DNA of 10,894 nucleotides from Octopus sinensis (lineage: Eukaryota): NCBI RefSeq assembly GCF_006345805.1, contig NW_021827288.1:1-10894 (forward strand), written 5' to 3'. The notes under the pieces were generated by a model. That model was not told the origin of the DNA. It did not search any database and saw nothing but the letters and a program-made list of their open reading frames with translations. This document shows, piece by piece, positions 8,716 to 10,894 of this stretch. Numbering within the stretch: the stretch's first letter is position 1; each line of letters starts with the position of its first letter. The translations under genes were made by a program, and so were the position numbers.

Positions 8716-8994
8716 CAATTTCTGCAGAAGACAGCGACAAAAATGTCCCCTACTGGAATTTCACTCGTAATATCTAAAATTTCGCTCCATTTCGTAAACT
8801 GCTTCTTGCAATCAACGTTATTTTTTTTTCTTTTTTTTTTATTCTTTATTCTTTATCAATTTCTGCAGAAGACAGCAGCAAAAATTGTCACTATTGAAAT
8901 TTCAGATTTGCTATCAATGGATGCAATTCCCGTTCCTCCTCTCGTTACCGAAGTCAAACTAACTACTAAATGACATACACAAATACAGACATTT

Positions 8995-9080
8995 CCCCTA
9001 CTCTCGTTCGCTCTCTCTCTCTCTCACTTTCTATCTCTCTGGTACTACTACTGCTACTACAACTACTACTACCACTACTC
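8995..9080. repeat. (CT)n followed by (CTA)n microsatellite
   Basis: ctctctctct and then ctactactactg runs; explains the Leu-rich ORF 8970..9221. Confidence 0.85.
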
Positions 9081-9208
9081 CTAGGGGCCCTGTTCCTGGG
9101 ATCTAGTTGGTCTTGTGGTACCTTCCCCAGTGGCTTCTTGCTCGCTTCTCATTTCTCATCCCCTACAATAACACACACAAAACTAAATTATTTACATCAA
9201 AAAGGTGC

Positions 9209-9390
9209 TCTTTATCTTTGAAAATCCCTATTTTTTTACGATTTTTTTACTGGTGTGTTGCCATTTTTCGGTTTATTTCAACCAGAAAAATATTCACATT
9301 AAGAGAATAACAAGCTACATAATGCAAAATTTTTACTTTTCAAAAATTCCAATGCTAAAGGGTCGAAACAACCCGAGCAACTACTACTAG
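9209..9390 (+). mobile_element. 3' remnant of a related Helitron-like element
   Basis: AACCCGAGCAAC-TACTACTAG|T (9370-9391) matches the end of copies 1 and 2 (AACCCGAGCAACGCCGGGCGATACTGCTAG|T) but lacks the second hairpin arm. The upstream body does not align with copies 1 and 2. The 5' boundary is uncertain. Confidence 0.55.
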
Positions 9391-9391
9391 T

Positions 9392-9472
9392 GTATATTAA
9401 TATATATTATATATATATATATATATTTATATATCTATATATATATATATTATATATTATATATATATGTAT

Positions 9473-9538
<66 letters not shown>

Positions 9539-9600
9539 ATGTATAATATATGTTGTATGTATGTACTATGTATATATATGTGTGTGTTGTGCGTGTGTTT
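9392..9600. repeat. (TA)n microsatellite grading to (TG)n
   Basis: Long TA run starting immediately after the CTAG at 9390. Confidence 0.95.
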
Positions 9601-9844
9601 ATGCCTGTCTCTGTATACATGGGGTGTGAGTGAGAGTATGTATCTGTGTGGTAGGGGGTGTTGTGAGGACATGTGCAGTGCTGTATGGCAGAGTGGTTAT
9701 GTAAGGTTTTTTTCCCAGCCGGTAACGTCCTGTGCAAAGGTCAATTTCTATATTCGCGGATCAAGCCATAAATTTTTAATGAAATTGGGTAACCGGAAAT
9801 TGTATTATAGATTGACTATAACGCACGCAAACACACGCGCACAA

Positions 9845-9879
9845 ATATATATGCATGCAAATATATAATATATTATATA

Positions 9880-9965
<86 letters not shown>

Positions 9966-10001
9966 TGCAAATTATATATATATATATATATATATATACA
10001 T
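9845..10001. repeat. (TA)n microsatellite with ATGCATGCAAAT repeated 110 bp apart
   Basis: The motif occurs at 9851 and 9961, each time followed by TA runs. Confidence 0.9.
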
Positions 10002-10047
10002 AAGCAATAATAATCTCTGAACGAGGTATAAACAGTAACTGCACGAC

Positions 10048-10245
10048 AATGTGAAGTATACTTGCCATCTCAATATGGCTACCACTAAGGGTGGGTGTTA
10101 CTGTAGCTTGTATTTGCAAGTACCATAAGGGCACAGAAAGTGTGCCTAAAGCCAGCTGGAGACGATGTTCTCCTGGGGCTACAAGCTACAGTAACACCCA
10201 CCCTTAGTGGTTAGCCATATTGAGATGGCAAGTATACCTCACATT
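10048..10245. repeat. Long inverted repeat / MITE-like fold-back (65/66-bp arms, structured 67-nt spacer)
   Basis: 10048-10112 is the reverse complement of 10180-10245 with one substitution and one 1-nt indel. Confidence 0.95.
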
Positions 10246-10308
10246 ATAAATAATATATATATATATATATATATAATATGAATAATATTATATACATATA
10301 TACATATA

Positions 10309-10349
<41 letters not shown>

Positions 10350-10402
10350 TATAAATAATATATATAATATAATATATTGTATATACATATATATATATAT
10401 AG

Positions 10403-10441
<39 letters not shown>

Positions 10442-10465
10442 ATGTACATATATATATATAAAATA
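10246..10465. repeat. (TA)n microsatellite
   Basis: Long imperfect TA run. Confidence 0.95.
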
Positions 10466-10617
10466 TGTCTTGTATCCTAACTATTTTTCCATATGTTTTG
10501 TAGAATGGTGCATAATGGAACTATCTCTATGAGTACTACCGGAGTACTTGAATCAATAAATTGTGACTGGAATACGTGTATCTATATATATATATATAGA
10601 TATATATATCTTGTGAT

Positions 10618-10680
10618 TACTCTAGGCACAAGGCCCGGAATTTTGGGGGAGGGGACTAGTCGATTAGATCGACCCCAGTA
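10618..10680 (-). mobile_element. SINE family B, 3' terminal fragment
   Basis: The reverse complement, tactggggtcgatctaatcgactagtcccctcccccaaaattccgggccttgtgcctagagta, aligns with 6898-6959. Confidence 0.85.
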
Positions 10681-10703
10681 ATTATGATGTATATATTATA
10701 AAG

Positions 10704-10867
10704 GCCGGCGTTGTTCGGTTACGTGCCCCTTACCTAGCAGTTCGGCAAAAGAGAATGATACAATAAGTGCCACGCTTTAAAAAGTGGGGTCGATTAGTTA
10801 GACGAAACCCTTCAAGGTGGTGCCCTAGCATGGCCACAGTCTATTTATTGAAACAATTAAAAGATAA
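10704..10867 (+). mobile_element. Probable 3' portion of a SINE (family C type tail)
   Basis: ttcggcaaaagag ... aataagtgcc ... ggggtcgatt ... agcatggccacagtc ... tgaaacaattaaaaga resembles the 3' end of a common octopus SINE (from recall). It shares AATAAGTRCC...GGGGTCGAT with family B in this window. Confidence 0.55.
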
Positions 10868-10894
10868 TACTTACGCCCCGCGCGCATATACGTA

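Noticed and set aside
8534-8740. Poly-Asn/Asp ORF on the minus strand
   Set aside because: It is a translation of the (ATT)n/(ATC)n microsatellite, with no other coding evidence.
8970-9221. Leu-rich ORF that looks like a signal or transmembrane peptide
   Set aside because: The hydrophobic run comes from the (CT)n and (CTA)n repeats.
10703-10720. GGCCGGCGTTGTTCGGTT resembling the reverse complement of the Helitron 3' hairpin
   Set aside because: There is no adjacent CTAG terminus, and the downstream sequence fits a SINE tail better.

Overview
This is eukaryotic, AT-rich, non-coding DNA made of microsatellites and short interspersed repeats. The SINE-like sequences look, from memory and not from a database search, like those of octopus/coleoid cephalopod genomes, so the window is probably intronic or intergenic. 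I found no protein-coding gene, RNA gene or CRISPR array that I can support. Most ORFs in the supplied track are translations of (TA)n, (CA)n, (CT)n or (ATT)n tracts or of repeat fragments. The supportable content is: (i) two ~390-bp non-autonomous Helitron-like elements in convergent orientation (2387-2782 +, 4457-4847 -), plus a 3' remnant of a related element (~9209-9390); (ii) at least three tRNA-derived SINE-like families, one forming 184-bp-period multimers in a cluster at 6466-8337; (iii) two unrelated, nearly perfect long hairpins (3962-4140, 10048-10245); (iv) several short local duplications. The most unusual observations are an exact 11-bp direct repeat flanking one Helitron-like copy, the two young fold-back structures, and a nested inverted-repeat layout over 2308-6019. 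I see no clear evidence of a new multi-gene system; what is interesting here is mobile-element and RNA-structure biology.
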